Of a stretch of 64,000 bases of DNA, positions 35,029 through 44,744 are shown piece by piece (within the stretch, counting starts at the first letter, position 1; the number at the start of each line of letters is the position of its first letter). The notes under the pieces were generated by a model. The model worked only from the letters and a program-made list of their open reading frames with translations, was not told the DNA's origin and ran no database searches. The translations under genes were made by a program, and so were the position numbers. Source of the stretch: Deltaproteobacteria bacterium (lineage in GTDB: Bacteria > Myxococcota > JACRCW01); the NCBI GenBank assembly GCA_016218805.1, contig JACRCW010000038.1:24915-88914 (forward strand). The letters run 5' to 3'.

Positions 35029-35244
35029 CTACTCGCTGGGCTGTTCGTGTACGTGGAGCAGACCCGTCACCACGGCCTGCTTGAACTGCAGGACCCGTGC
35101 GCGGACCTCGTCCAGTGACTCGCGCACCATCAGATGCTCGCCGTTGGTGAAGATGAGGGTGGTGTCCGGCGTGGTTGACGCCATGACAATCAGGTCCTCG
35201 TTGACCAGCACTTCCGTCCGGTCCAACCGCGTCACGGTGATCAT
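35029..35244 (-). CDS. flbD: Flagellar protein FlbD
   Basis: 71 aa. MITVTRLDRTEVLVNEDLIVMASTTPDTTLIFTNGEHLMVRESLDEV is the FlbD signature. Position is flgE-flbD-motA. Confidence 0.85.
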   Translation of the reverse strand: MITVTRLDRTEVLVNEDLIVMASTTPDTTLIFTNGEHLMVRESLDEVRARVLQFKQAVVTGLLHVHEQPSE

Positions 35245-35258
35245 CGCGCGCGCTCCTT

Positions 35259-36557
35259 TCAGCGCTTGAGGGTCATCAGTTCCTGGAGCATCTGGTCGGC
35301 GGTGCTGATGGTCTTGCTGTTGGCCTGGAACGCGCGCTGTGCGCCGATCATGTTGATGAACTCCTCCGCCAGGTCCACGTTGGATTGCTCCAACGCTCCC
35401 GCCAGCACGCTGCCGCGCCCACCGGTGGCCGCCACGCCAACCTGCGGCGGCCCGCTGGCGGCGGTTTCGCCGTAGAGGTTGCCGGACAGCCGCTGCATCT
35501 GGTCCGCCGCGGAGAAGCTCGCCACCACGAGCTGCGCCAGCACCCGCGTCTCGCCGTTGGTGAACGTGGCGGTGACGTTGCCGGAGGTGTCCACCTGCAC
35601 CGCCGCCAGCGCGCCCGCCGGATGGCCGTCCTGCTGGATGAACGTCACCGTAGACGCGCCGGCATACTGTGTGATGCCGTCCGCCCCCGTCCCGCCGCCT
35701 CCCGTTGGGCTGCCAAAGTTGAAGGTCAGCGGCTGCGGCGCGGTGGCGCCCACGGGGCTGAAGGTGGAGGTCTGTGTCATCGCCGTGAGGTTGCCGTTGG
35801 TGTCGTAGGTGAGCGTGCCGTTGCCAATCTCCACGGTGGTCCCCGCGGTCCCGCCCGCCACTGCCGCGCCGTCGGTTACCGCGTGGAACTCCCACGCCCC
35901 GGCGGCGGTCTTGCGGTAGTAGACGTCCACCTGGATGGCGTTGCCCAGGCTGTCGTAGATCGTCGTGGGCTGCATGAAGTTGGCGTTGGCGCTGGGACCG
36001 GTCAGCGCGGGCGCCGCGGGGTCCCACGCCGCGGTGGGCGCTGTGGCCTCCGCGTCCAGGTTGCCACGGAGCGTCAGCGTCGTGGTGGCCACGGGCGGGT
36101 CCTGCGCGTCGCCCACCAGCAGGTCACCCGTCGTGCCGCCCACCTGGCCCGTCGGATCGGCCAGGAACCCCTGCACGCGCAGACCGTCAAGGTTGACCAG
36201 GTATCCCCCGTTGTCCACGGTGAACTGGCCGGCGCGCGTGTAGTAGTTGCCGGTGATGCCGCCGTGGGTGCCGCGCAACATGAAGAACCCCTCGCCGTCC
36301 AGCGCGAGGTCCGTGGGCACACCGGTCTGGACGATGGCGCCCTGGCTGAGGATGCGCTGGATGGCCTGCAGGCGGGTGCCCATGCCCAGGTGCCCGGCGC
36401 CCATCATGGTCTGGGCCAGCGCCTCCTCAAACATGGCGCGGCTGCCCTTGAAGCCAATGGTGTTGCCGTTGGCGATGTTGTCGCCGATGACGGACAGCTG
36501 CGTGCTGGAGGCGGTGAGACCCGACCACCCGGCGTACATGGAGCTCATCAGTGCCAT
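35259..36557 (-). CDS. flgE: Flagellar hook protein FlgE
   Basis: SSMYAGWSGLTASSTQLSVIGDNIANGNTIGFKGSR at the N-terminus; C-terminus LEQSNVDLAEEFINMIGAQRAFQANSKTISTADQML. Confidence 0.95.
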   Translation of the reverse strand: MALMSSMYAGWSGLTASSTQLSVIGDNIANGNTIGFKGSRAMFEEALAQTMMGAGHLGMGTRLQAIQRILSQGAIVQTGVPTDLALDGEGFFMLRGTHGGITGNYYTRAGQFTVDNGGYLVNLDGLRVQGFLADPTGQVGGTTGDLLVGDAQDPPVATTTLTLRGNLDAEATAPTAAWDPAAPALTGPSANANFMQPTTIYDSLGNAIQVDVYYRKTAAGAWEFHAVTDGAAVAGGTAGTTVEIGNGTLTYDTNGNLTAMTQTSTFSPVGATAPQPLTFNFGSPTGGGGTGADGITQYAGASTVTFIQQDGHPAGALAAVQVDTSGNVTATFTNGETRVLAQLVVASFSAADQMQRLSGNLYGETAASGPPQVGVAATGGRGSVLAGALEQSNVDLAEEFINMIGAQRAFQANSKTISTADQMLQELMTLKR

Positions 36558-36599
36558 GGAGTTCTCCTCTTGCCGCGCGGGGGCGTGCCGCGCGCTTGG

Positions 36600-37271
36600 T
36601 CACGGCGCACGCACTTCCAGAACGTCCGCCAGGTTGAGCGTGGTGTCGCCCACCACCAGCTGCGGGAAACCGCCAGCGTACGACACCGCATCCACGCGAC
36701 GCGTCCGGCACGCCTCCGCCGCCACGTTGTTGCCGTTCTTACTCGCCGTCACCTGCACCGAGTACGCGCCGGCCGGCACCGGCTTCCCGTCGTCATCCAT
36801 GCCGTCCCACTTCACGGAACCGATACCCGCGTCCATGTTGCCCGAGCGGAGGGTGCGCACAACGTTGCCCCGCGCGTCTTTCACCACCACCGTGACGGCG
36901 TCAGCATCCGCCTCCAGGCGTACGCCAACCGTTGCCTGGTCACCGGCAACGGCCAGCTCCACCGCATCCGTGGCGTAGGTCACATCCTTCCCGACCAGAC
37001 CCGCGGTTTGCAGCTGGTTGTTGGCCGCCTGGGCCACCAGCATGGATTCCAGCCGCGCGTTGGCCCCCTGCAGCTGTTCCACGCTCGCCAGCGTGGCCAG
37101 CTGCGCAACAAACGCCTGCGCATCCATGGGAGACGACGGGTCCTGCTGGCTCATTCCCGCCATGAGCAGGCGCAGGAAGTCATCCTTGCCCACCTGATTG
37201 GAGGGCGGCGCGCCGCCGGGGGCCTGGCCAGCCGCCGCACCGAGCGAGGACACCACCGACGACGAACTCAT
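36600..37271 (-). CDS. flgD: Hook capping/assembly protein FlgD
   Basis: GKDDFLRLLMAGMSQQDPSSPMD is the FlgD N-terminal motif, followed by an Ig/FlgD-like C-terminal domain. ATGA overlap with fliK. Confidence 0.9.
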   Translation of the reverse strand: MSSSSVVSSLGAAAGQAPGGAPPSNQVGKDDFLRLLMAGMSQQDPSSPMDAQAFVAQLATLASVEQLQGANARLESMLVAQAANNQLQTAGLVGKDVTYATDAVELAVAGDQATVGVRLEADADAVTVVVKDARGNVVRTLRSGNMDAGIGSVKWDGMDDDGKPVPAGAYSVQVTASKNGNNVAAEACRTRRVDAVSYAGGFPQLVVGDTTLNLADVLEVRAP

Positions 37272-38173
37272 GCGTACCTCCCGGGTCCGCGCGCTGGCGT
37301 GGACGGCTGCGTGCGCGTCTGCGCTGGCGCCGTCTCCGGACGCTGAGCATCTCCCGTGCCGTCCCGCGGGGACTGCCACGCCGCGCCGCCGCCGCCGTCG
37401 TCGTGGCGGAAGGTTCCCAACTGCAGACCGTCGCCCCGCAGGGCCGTCACCAGGTCGTTGACGCGGCCGTGCAACACCGCCGCGCCCGGACCCCGTGCGT
37501 CCACGTGGACCATCCCGTCATGCAGCTTCAGGCGGACCTCCAACGAGGCCGCGTCCTCACTCACCACGCGGATGCAGGCCAGCTGCTGGCCTACGCGCAC
37601 GGCGGTGCCCTCGCTGACCAGCAGCGTGTCAGGGACCTGACGGACGTCGACGTTCCTGACACCCGCAGATGCTTCGGTGGCCGGCATGTCCGTGGCGGCC
37701 GGCGCCGTCGGCGTCAGCATCCCCGTGTCCCCGGGCGGCAGCAGCGGCGCCGGCGGCGTGGGAAGTTCACCGGTTCCGGCGACCTCCACGTCGCGCGCGG
37801 GAGGTTTGCCGGCGCGCAGCGGGGCCACGGACGTCACGGGGGCATCCGCGGGGGCCGGTGGCGGTGCCGCCGTGAGCATGGACAGCTCCGCGCGCCATGC
37901 AGTGCCCGCACGCCCCTCCGTGGGCCGCTCGTCCACGTTACTGGCCGGTTCTCCATGCCGACGTCCACGGACCGCGCGCGCGGGGGTCGCGACCTTCGCG
38001 TTGCCGCGGGTAGCGCGCTTGCTCGTGTCCTGAACGCCCGCCGCCCTTGGGTCCAGCGCCTCGCCGAGCGCGTCTCCGAACCGGGCAGTGCCGGGCGCGG
38101 CATGGCGGTGCGCAGCGGGGGGCGGTCCAGGCGCGCCGGCGGGCGGGGCCGGGGCGACCATGGACGCCGTCAC
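37268..38173 (-). CDS. fliK: Hook-length control protein FliK-like
   Basis: Pro/Ala-rich N-terminal two-thirds. C-terminal LEVRLKLHDGMVHVDARGPGAAVLHGRVNDLVTALRGDGLQLG resembles the FliK C-terminal domain. Lies upstream of flgD. Confidence 0.65.
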   Translation of the reverse strand: MTASMVAPAPPAGAPGPPPAAHRHAAPGTARFGDALGEALDPRAAGVQDTSKRATRGNAKVATPARAVRGRRHGEPASNVDERPTEGRAGTAWRAELSMLTAAPPPAPADAPVTSVAPLRAGKPPARDVEVAGTGELPTPPAPLLPPGDTGMLTPTAPAATDMPATEASAGVRNVDVRQVPDTLLVSEGTAVRVGQQLACIRVVSEDAASLEVRLKLHDGMVHVDARGPGAAVLHGRVNDLVTALRGDGLQLGTFRHDDGGGGAAWQSPRDGTGDAQRPETAPAQTRTQPSTPARGPGRYA

Positions 38174-38832
38174 GGAGCCTCCGTGGGCGCGGTCATCTCC
38201 TCCGCAACCGCGACGGCGGACGAAGCGCCCATGGACGCGAGGATGGCGCCCGCCTGGCGCGCAGGAAGTTCCTTCAGCACCGCGGCGGCGACCCGGCGGT
38301 CAAGCTTCTCCAGGATCACCGCCGCCTGCCTTGGCTTCACCGTTTTCAAGCTCCGGGTCAGCGCTCCCACCTGTGACGGCGCCGGGCCGCCGCGCGCTGC
38401 CGCCGCACGCTTGGCCGGTTCGGACTCCGGCAGCGGGGGTGCGGGCGCCGCAACAGGCGGCGGCGCGGAAGCAGGACCGGGACACGCAGCCTGACGCGCC
38501 GCCAACGCCTCAATGAGGGCGGCAAGCCGGTCGCTCTCCGCGCGCAGTTGCTGCCGTGCAGTCTCCATCTGACCAACGAGTTCCGGCGCTTCCGCAGCTC
38601 CGGGCTCCCCACCGTGCGGGCGCGCGCGGGCCTGCAGCGCGGCCTGGAACGTCGCGGGGGACACGGCGGGGCGGCCCGCTGGCGGTGGGCTGTTCAGGGG
38701 CGCCACCGGGGGCGCGCCGGGCGCGGGAACCGGCGCCACGTGCGGTGCCGCGGGCGGGGTGGGCGTGGCTGTGGGCGCTGAGGCCAGCAGCCAACCGGAG
38801 CACGTCCACAGTGCAGCAAGGGGGCTAGGCAC
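38170..38832 (-). CDS. MotE/YlxF-like (MgtE_N-type) flagellar protein
   Basis: GTG 38832 lies 4 nt after GGAGGA. Signal-like N-terminus, Pro-rich spacer, coiled coil. C-terminal LKTVKPRQAAVILEKLDRRVAAAVLKELPARQAGAILASM matches the MgtE_N/MotE repeat. Confidence 0.6.
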   Translation of the reverse strand: MPSPLAALWTCSGWLLASAPTATPTPPAAPHVAPVPAPGAPPVAPLNSPPPAGRPAVSPATFQAALQARARPHGGEPGAAEAPELVGQMETARQQLRAESDRLAALIEALAARQAACPGPASAPPPVAAPAPPLPESEPAKRAAAARGGPAPSQVGALTRSLKTVKPRQAAVILEKLDRRVAAAVLKELPARQAGAILASMGASSAVAVAEEMTAPTEAP

Positions 38833-40174
38833 GGCTTCCTCCGGGCCGCGGAGCGGGGCGCGGCGCCAGCAGCGTCCTGACCCGCGCAAGCGCTTCCTCC
38901 AACGGCGTCTTCTCCGCGCTCGCCTGGCGGCAAAACGCGTTGAGTTCGTCCAGCACGGACAGCGCAAAGTCGAGCCGCGGGTTGCTCCCCCGCTGGTAGG
39001 CGCCCACCTCGACGAGGTCCGCGCTGTCCTTGTACGTCGCCAGGATGTCCCGGACACGCCGCGCCAGGTCCAGGTGCTCGCCGCTCACCACGTCCGGCAT
39101 GACGCGGCTGACGCTCTGCAGGATGTCCACCGCGGGGAAGTGTCCCCGGTTGGCCAGCGAACGCGACAGCACAATGTGTCCGTCCAGCAGCGACCGCGCC
39201 GAGTCGGCGACAGGGTCGGAGAGGTCATCACCCTCCGCGAGCACGGTGTAGAAGCCGGTGATGGAGCCAGCCCCGGCGTCATTGCCCGCGCGCTCCAACA
39301 GCCGCGGCATCAACGCGAACACGCTGGGCGGATAGCCCTTGGCGGTCGGCGGCTCACCGGCCGCCAGGCCAATCTCGCGCTGCGCCATGGCCACCCGGCT
39401 GAGCGAATCCATGATGAGCAGCACGCGCTTGCCACGCGCGCGGAAGTGCTCAGCCACGGCGGTGGCCGCCAGCGCGGCCCGCACTCGCAGCAACGGCGCG
39501 CTGTCTGACGTCGCCACCACCACCACGCTGCGCGCCAGGCCCGCCGCCTGCAGATCTCGCTCAATGAACTCCTTGACCTCGCGGCCGCGCTCGCCCACCA
39601 GCGCCACGACGTTGACGTCTGCTTCCGCGTGCCGTGCCATCATCCCCAGCAGCACGCTCTTGCCGACACCCGGCCCGGCCATGATGCCTACGCGCTGGCC
39701 CTCGCCACAGGTAAGGAATGCGTCCAGGACCCGGATTCCCAGCAACTCGGTCCGGCTGATGCGCCGCCGGGCCAGGGCGCCGGGGACGCTACCGTGCAGG
39801 GTGCGCCGCGAGGTGCGCGCCGGCCGCGGGCCATCGTCCAGCGGCTGCAGCTCCGCGTCCACCACGCGCCCCAGCAACGAATCCCCGACGGGTACCGTAT
39901 CACCGTCGGAGTGCATCCGGACCGGGCTGCCGTTGCGCACGCCTTCCAGGCCGGTGAACGGCATCAGCATGGCGCTGCCCGCCGTCACGCCCACCACCTG
40001 CGCCAGGATGCTGCGGCCGCCGCGCGCCTCCACCTCGCACACGTCTCCCACCGAGGCCGTGGGCATCCGCGCCTCCAGGATGAGGCCGGCGGCGCGCACC
40101 ACGTGGCCCTGCACGCAGACGGTGTCCGCGGACTCCACGGCGGTGCGCATGCGGCGCATGTCAACCAGCGTCAT
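38825..40174 (-). CDS. fliI: Flagellar export ATPase FliI
   Basis: Walker A GIMAGPGVGKSVLLG, Walker B VLLIMDSLSR; F1/T3SS ATPase family, 449 aa. Confidence 0.97.
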   Translation of the reverse strand: MTLVDMRRMRTAVESADTVCVQGHVVRAAGLILEARMPTASVGDVCEVEARGGRSILAQVVGVTAGSAMLMPFTGLEGVRNGSPVRMHSDGDTVPVGDSLLGRVVDAELQPLDDGPRPARTSRRTLHGSVPGALARRRISRTELLGIRVLDAFLTCGEGQRVGIMAGPGVGKSVLLGMMARHAEADVNVVALVGERGREVKEFIERDLQAAGLARSVVVVATSDSAPLLRVRAALAATAVAEHFRARGKRVLLIMDSLSRVAMAQREIGLAAGEPPTAKGYPPSVFALMPRLLERAGNDAGAGSITGFYTVLAEGDDLSDPVADSARSLLDGHIVLSRSLANRGHFPAVDILQSVSRVMPDVVSGEHLDLARRVRDILATYKDSADLVEVGAYQRGSNPRLDFALSVLDELNAFCRQASAEKTPLEEALARVRTLLAPRPAPRPGGSRA

Positions 40175-40881
40175 GCGTCCGTCCCTTGCAGGGCGCCGGC
40201 CACCACGCGGCGGACCTCGCGCAAGCGCGTCTCCAGGCGCGCATCCACCACGCCCATGTCTCCCTCCACCACCACGTCACCGCGGGACAGGGTCGCGTCT
40301 CCCACCAGCTCCACGTGCGCCAGGGACAGGTCGTCGTCCGCCTCGCGCACGGCGGCTTCCAACGCGGGTATGTCCAGGGGCGACACGCGCACCTTCAGCG
40401 TGCGGCTGTCCGCCAGACCGCGGATGGCGGTGCGCACCAGGCCCATCAGCGATCCCACGTTGCTGGCCACCTCGTGCTCCAGGATCCGGCGCGCCACCTC
40501 GAACCCGATCTCCAGCGCGTCGGCGCGCGCCGCCTCGGCGAGGATGTGCGCGTGCAGCTTCAGCGTCTCCAGCGCGTGCGCCACGCGCTCGGTGCCGGCT
40601 TCCCCGGCTGGCGCGGGTGGGTTCCCCGCGGCCGGCATGGCTGGCGTCTCCAGACAGGGTGGCGCCGCGTCGGTCTGCGTGTCGTCGCCAAACAGCAGGT
40701 CCGCGTCCAGGCCAGGACGCGGCGGCTCCGTCGGGGTCGGATCGGCGGAGCAGTTGCGGCGGGCGGGCTGCACCGGGTCGGGGAACGGCGGCCCGGGCCG
40801 CTCGTAGGACGGGCCGACGATACGCGGAGAGCCAACGTGGCGCTCCAGAAAGGTCGGCGTGCGAGTCATGTTGGCGACCAT
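40171..40881 (-). CDS. fliH: Flagellar export protein FliH
   Basis: 236 aa. C-terminal ...VRVSPLDIPALEAAV...VELVGDATLSRGDVVVEGDMGVVDARLETRL matches the FliH/YscL C-terminal domain. ATGA overlap with fliI. Confidence 0.8.
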   Translation of the reverse strand: MVANMTRTPTFLERHVGSPRIVGPSYERPGPPFPDPVQPARRNCSADPTPTEPPRPGLDADLLFGDDTQTDAAPPCLETPAMPAAGNPPAPAGEAGTERVAHALETLKLHAHILAEAARADALEIGFEVARRILEHEVASNVGSLMGLVRTAIRGLADSRTLKVRVSPLDIPALEAAVREADDDLSLAHVELVGDATLSRGDVVVEGDMGVVDARLETRLREVRRVVAGALQGTDA

Positions 40882-40896
40882 CTACAACCCACCTCC

Positions 40897-41910
40897 TCAC
40901 ACCATCTTGTCCGCCGGCCCGATGAGCCGGATGCGGCCTTCGCCCGCCAGGCGCATGACCACCGCGACCAGCTGGTTCTGGGCCTGTTCCACGTCGGCGA
41001 GCCGCAACGGGCCCATCGCCGCCATGTCGTCCCGCAGCATGTCCGCCGCGCGGGAGGACATGTTCTTGAAGATCTTCGCGGCGATGGCCGGCGACGCGCC
41101 TTTGAGCGCGATCATCAGCACCTTGGTGTCAAACTCGCGCAACAGCGCCTGGATGTCGCGGTCCGGCAGGTGCACCAGATCCTCGAACGTCAGCAGTTTG
41201 GTCCGCAGTTCCGCGGCGAGGTCCGCGTCGCGCTCCTCGATCCGCTTCATGAGCTCGCCCTGCTCGGCCACTGGCTTGTTGCGCAGCACGTCCAGCGCCA
41301 CCTGCCGGCCCTCCACCTTGCGCACGCCGCCCATGGTGGCCGCGCGCAGCTCGGCGGCCAGCGCCTGGCCCACCTCCTTGAGCAGCTCCGGGCTGATGGC
41401 CTCCACCTTCGCCATGCGGAACACCACCTCGGCCTGCACGGCGGCGGGCAGGCGGTTGAGCACGTTGAGCGCCTTGTCCGCATTCAGTGCGGACAAGACC
41501 AACGCCACGGTTTGTGGCTGCTCGCGGCCCAGCACCATGGCCAACGCTTCCGCATCCACACCGGAGACGGGACCCAGCGCCTCGTCGGGCGTGGGGGCCT
41601 GGGGCAGCTCCTCCAGCACGCGCGCCGCGGTATCCGTGCCCAGGCTCTCCTGCACCCACTGCCGCAGCAGCCCGTCGGCGGCCTGCCACGGCGCGGCGGG
41701 CGCGGACATCGCCGTGGAGAAGTCCTGGAGCGCCAGCGGGAGGACCTCTTCGGCAGGTCCCTTCACGCGCGCGCCCACGGCCAGCCGCCGCAGGTCCTGC
41801 TCGCTGAAGTGCCGGATGACCTCGCGGGCCGTGTCCTTGCCCAGCACCAGCAGCACCGCCATGGCGCGTTGTGCGCCCTCCCGCTCCAGCGCGGTGGTTT
41901 CAGCCGTCAT
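40897..41910 (-). CDS. fliG: Flagellar motor switch protein FliG
   Basis: EGAQRAMAVLLVLGKDTAREVIRHFSEQDL, plus a C-terminal torque helix region ...IALKGASPAIAAKIFKNMSSRAADMLRDDM. Confidence 0.95.
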   Translation of the reverse strand: MTAETTALEREGAQRAMAVLLVLGKDTAREVIRHFSEQDLRRLAVGARVKGPAEEVLPLALQDFSTAMSAPAAPWQAADGLLRQWVQESLGTDTAARVLEELPQAPTPDEALGPVSGVDAEALAMVLGREQPQTVALVLSALNADKALNVLNRLPAAVQAEVVFRMAKVEAISPELLKEVGQALAAELRAATMGGVRKVEGRQVALDVLRNKPVAEQGELMKRIEERDADLAAELRTKLLTFEDLVHLPDRDIQALLREFDTKVLMIALKGASPAIAAKIFKNMSSRAADMLRDDMAAMGPLRLADVEQAQNQLVAVVMRLAGEGRIRLIGPADKMV

Positions 41911-43495
41911 GGCGCGCCTCCGTCGTCACCGGTGCGGTTGCCGGTTCATGGCTCATCCACGTGCGCAGCACCCATGCGGCGCGCTCCGGGTCCTTGAGCG
42001 CCAGTGCGCGGGCGCGCTCCACCAGCACGCGGGCCTCAGGCGGCGCCGCCACGGCGGGAACGTCCACCACCGGGGCCGGCGCGCTGGACGTGTCCGGCGG
42101 AAGCAGCAACTCCGCGTCCACCACGCGTTGCCCCGGCCGCAGTGCGGGGAATGGGTCCACCCGACGATGCCGGCGCAACAGCAGCCACGCGAGCCCGGCC
42201 AACCCCACAACGCCCGCGCCGGCGGCGCCCAGCGTCCACGCGGGCAACGGGCTGGCCGCGGCCTCCGCAGCCTCCGCCGCCGCCCCAGACGCGGCAAACG
42301 CACTGGTGACAATCTCCACGCGGTCACCGCGGGCCTCCTCCATGCCCAGGCCTGAGCGCACCAGCGCCTGCAGCTTGCCCACGTCGGTGCCGGCGGCCAG
42401 CGCGGCCTGGTCCACAATGACGGCGACGGACTGGCGCGCCACACGCGGCTGGTGTGACCGGGTCACGGTCACGGTCTTGCCGATCTCATAGTTGCGCGTC
42501 TCGTCGGTCTGGGTGCTGGATTGCGAGGCGCCGCCGCCGGGGCTTGCCGTGACGCCCGGAGCCTGGTTGGCCGCCGCCCCCGCAATGCCGCCCGTGCGGC
42601 CGCCCTGGGTGCCGTTCTGCTGCACGTTTTGGGTGCGCTCAGAGCGGACCACGGGCGACTCGGCGTCAAACACCTCCTGCGTCACATCTTGCTCGCGCGC
42701 GTCCAGTTCCACGCTCGCCCGCGCCAGCACGCGCCCGGTACCCACCACCGGCTCCAGCAGCTCCACGGCGCGCCGTTCCAGGTCGCGCTCCAGGGCACGC
42801 TCCCGCCGAAGGGCGCCGTCGGAGCCCTCGTCCCCGGACAGCACGGCCCCCGCGCCGTCCACCACGTGGACGTTTGCGGACACCAAGCCCGGCACCGCGG
42901 CGGCCACCAGGTGGCGGATGCCGGCAAGCTCGCGCGGGTTCAGGGACAAGCCGGGGCGCAGGTTGACGACGACCGCAGCCGCCGAGGAGCGGTCATCCTC
43001 CGGGTGCAGTCCGCGTTCCGGGAGCGTGAGGTGGACACGCGCGCGTGTGACCGGGGACAACGAGCCCACGGTGCGCGACAACTCACCTTCCAGCGCCCGG
43101 CGCAGGTTCACCTTCTGGGTGAACTGGCTCACACCCATGTCGCCCTTGTCGAACAACTCGAAGCCGACGTGCCCGGCGCGCGGGATGCCCTGCGTGGCCA
43201 GCAGCAGCCGGGCGTCATGCACGCGGTCCGACGGAACCAGGATGGCGGAACCGCCGGCCTCCAGGCGGTGTGGGATGCCGGCGGCGCGCAGCGTTACGGC
43301 GGCCTCCTGGCCGTCCTCCTGCGCCAGGTTTGTGTACACGTACGCGTCGCGGGAAGCTGCCAGGTCGCGCACAGACGCGGCCAGGCCCGCCAGGAGTGCC
43401 AGCGCCGCCCCCACGACAATGAGCGTGCGCGTTGGGGCGGGCAGGGCCCTGAACGCGGCGGGAAGTTGCCTGAGCTGCCTGAGGAGCGGTTCCAT
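41900..43495 (-). CDS. fliF: Flagellar MS-ring protein FliF
   Basis: 531 aa. N-terminal TM helix, LTLPERGLHPEDD, RNYEIGKTVTVT, and a second TM helix near the C-terminus. Confidence 0.93.
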   Translation of the reverse strand: MEPLLRQLRQLPAAFRALPAPTRTLIVVGAALALLAGLAASVRDLAASRDAYVYTNLAQEDGQEAAVTLRAAGIPHRLEAGGSAILVPSDRVHDARLLLATQGIPRAGHVGFELFDKGDMGVSQFTQKVNLRRALEGELSRTVGSLSPVTRARVHLTLPERGLHPEDDRSSAAAVVVNLRPGLSLNPRELAGIRHLVAAAVPGLVSANVHVVDGAGAVLSGDEGSDGALRRERALERDLERRAVELLEPVVGTGRVLARASVELDAREQDVTQEVFDAESPVVRSERTQNVQQNGTQGGRTGGIAGAAANQAPGVTASPGGGASQSSTQTDETRNYEIGKTVTVTRSHQPRVARQSVAVIVDQAALAAGTDVGKLQALVRSGLGMEEARGDRVEIVTSAFAASGAAAEAAEAAASPLPAWTLGAAGAGVVGLAGLAWLLLRRHRRVDPFPALRPGQRVVDAELLLPPDTSSAPAPVVDVPAVAAPPEARVLVERARALALKDPERAAWVLRTWMSHEPATAPVTTEARHDG

Positions 43496-43514
43496 CGCGC
43501 GGCCCTTTCGCGGC

Positions 43515-43796
43515 TCAGACGCTCATCCGCATGACGTCGTTGTACGCCTCTACGGCCTTGTTCCGGACCTTGATGGCCAGCTTCATGGCGATGTCCGCCT
43601 GCTCCACGGCCAGCGCCGCCGTGTGCAGGTTGCCCTCGCCGCGGGCCAGCTTGACCGCTTCGCCCTCAGCGCGGGCCTGCCCCTCCTCCAACGCGCGCAA
43701 CTCCTGGGCGAACGACGGGCCGCCGGCCGCCGCGTCCTGCGGGCGGTCGATCACGGGGGGACGCACCTCGGTAAACGCGGGGGCTTTGATCAACAC
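43515..43796 (-). CDS. fliE: Flagellar hook-basal body protein FliE
   Basis: 93 aa. C-terminal LAVEQADIAMKLAIKVRNKAVEAYNDVMRM is the FliE signature. GTG start after AAGGAG. Confidence 0.85.
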   Translation of the reverse strand: MLIKAPAFTEVRPPVIDRPQDAAAGGPSFAQELRALEEGQARAEGEAVKLARGEGNLHTAALAVEQADIAMKLAIKVRNKAVEAYNDVMRMSV

Positions 43797-43808
43797 GGTG
43801 CGTCTCCT

Positions 43809-44237
43809 TCAGCGCATGATGTCCAGCGCGCGCTGTGCCAGTGCCTTCACGGTTTCAAACGCGGTCGCGTTCGCCTCGTACGAGCGCGTCGCGCCCAACA
43901 GGTTCACCACCTCATGCACGGGGTCCACGTTGGGCAGCGCCACAAACCCCTGGCCGTCCGCATCTGGATGTCCTGGCAGGTACACGCGGCGCGGGGCCCC
44001 GGGGTCTTCCACCACGTCTGCCACCCGGACGCCCACGGGCGCCTCGGGACCCATCACCTGGCCCAGCGCGCCCTCAAACGACGCCGCCTCCAGCACCGGG
44101 TCGCGGCGGCGGTAGGGCTGGCCGTCCGCTCCGCGCGTGCTCTCCGCGTTGGCAAGGTTGGCGGTGGCAATGTCCAGCCGCGTCCGCTGCGCGGTGAGGC
44201 CGGAGGCGCTGACCTTGAGGGCGGAGAAGAAGTCCAC
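43809..44237 (-). CDS. flgC: Proximal rod protein FlgC
   Basis: FSALKVSASGLTAQRTRLDIATANLANAEST and C-terminal HEVVNLLGATRSYEANATAFETVKALAQRALDI. Confidence 0.95.
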   Translation of the reverse strand: MDFFSALKVSASGLTAQRTRLDIATANLANAESTRGADGQPYRRRDPVLEAASFEGALGQVMGPEAPVGVRVADVVEDPGAPRRVYLPGHPDADGQGFVALPNVDPVHEVVNLLGATRSYEANATAFETVKALAQRALDIMR

Positions 44238-44248
44238 GGGTAGCCTCC

Positions 44249-44653
44249 TCAGCTGTTTCCATCGCTGGCGACGTAGCGCAGCAGGGCCAGGTGCCGCTGG
44301 GTCACCCGGGCGGCAGCCGCGTACTGCAGGGCGTTCTCCGCCAGGACCGCCATGGTGCGGTCCAGGTCCACGCGGTTGCCGTCCAGTCCCGGTGCGCGCG
44401 CGGGCCCGTCGATGATCGGTGCCGGGCCGCCCTCATCAGGCAGCCCCAGTTCCAGGTGCCCCGCGTGGCGTGGGACGGCGGCCACGGCCATGCGGCCCGC
44501 CGGCCCCGCCAGACCCGCCGCCAGGTCCACGTCAACGGGGGAGAAACCCGGAGTGTCCAGGTTCGCCACGTTGCTGCCCAGCACTTCCTGCCGCTGCAGC
44601 CGCACGTCCAGGCTGCGCTCCAGGCTGTCCACGACGGGTCCGATCACGCGCAT
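44249..44653 (-). CDS. flgB: Proximal rod protein FlgB
   Basis: ATG 44653 follows GGAGG. LDVRLQRQEVLGSNVANLDTPGF and C-terminal AVLAENALQYAAAARVTQRHLALLRYV. Confidence 0.9.
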   Translation of the reverse strand: MRVIGPVVDSLERSLDVRLQRQEVLGSNVANLDTPGFSPVDVDLAAGLAGPAGRMAVAAVPRHAGHLELGLPDEGGPAPIIDGPARAPGLDGNRVDLDRTMAVLAENALQYAAAARVTQRHLALLRYVASDGNS

Positions 44654-44744
44654 GACCCGCCTCCATGCCAGCCGCATGCCGGGCCAACACGCGCAGAAGG
44701 CCTGCGGGATGGGGCCGGATCGCCATCCCGTCGACGGAGCGGCG

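Noticed and set aside
36573-36589. GGCACG...GC motif upstream of flgE that resembles a sigma-54 promoter
   Set aside because: The GG-to-GC spacer is 9 nt (or 11), not 10. Sigma-54 promoters are strict on this spacing, and the gap is only 42 nt. flgE is probably read through from flgD.
35385-37346. 653-aa + strand ORF over flgE and flgD. Similar + strand ORFs lie at 40186-41997, 42492-44243, 44352-45683, 46124-47482 and 47326-48738.
   Set aside because: All are antisense to motif-supported flagellar or regulatory genes and encode low-complexity Arg/Gly/His-rich products.
44663-44687. TGGCCCGGCATGCGGCTGGCA upstream of flgB as a possible sigma-54 promoter
   Set aside because: No register gives GG-N10-GC; every candidate is off by one or two. 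flgB may be co-transcribed with the activator and unknown-protein genes, or use another promoter type.
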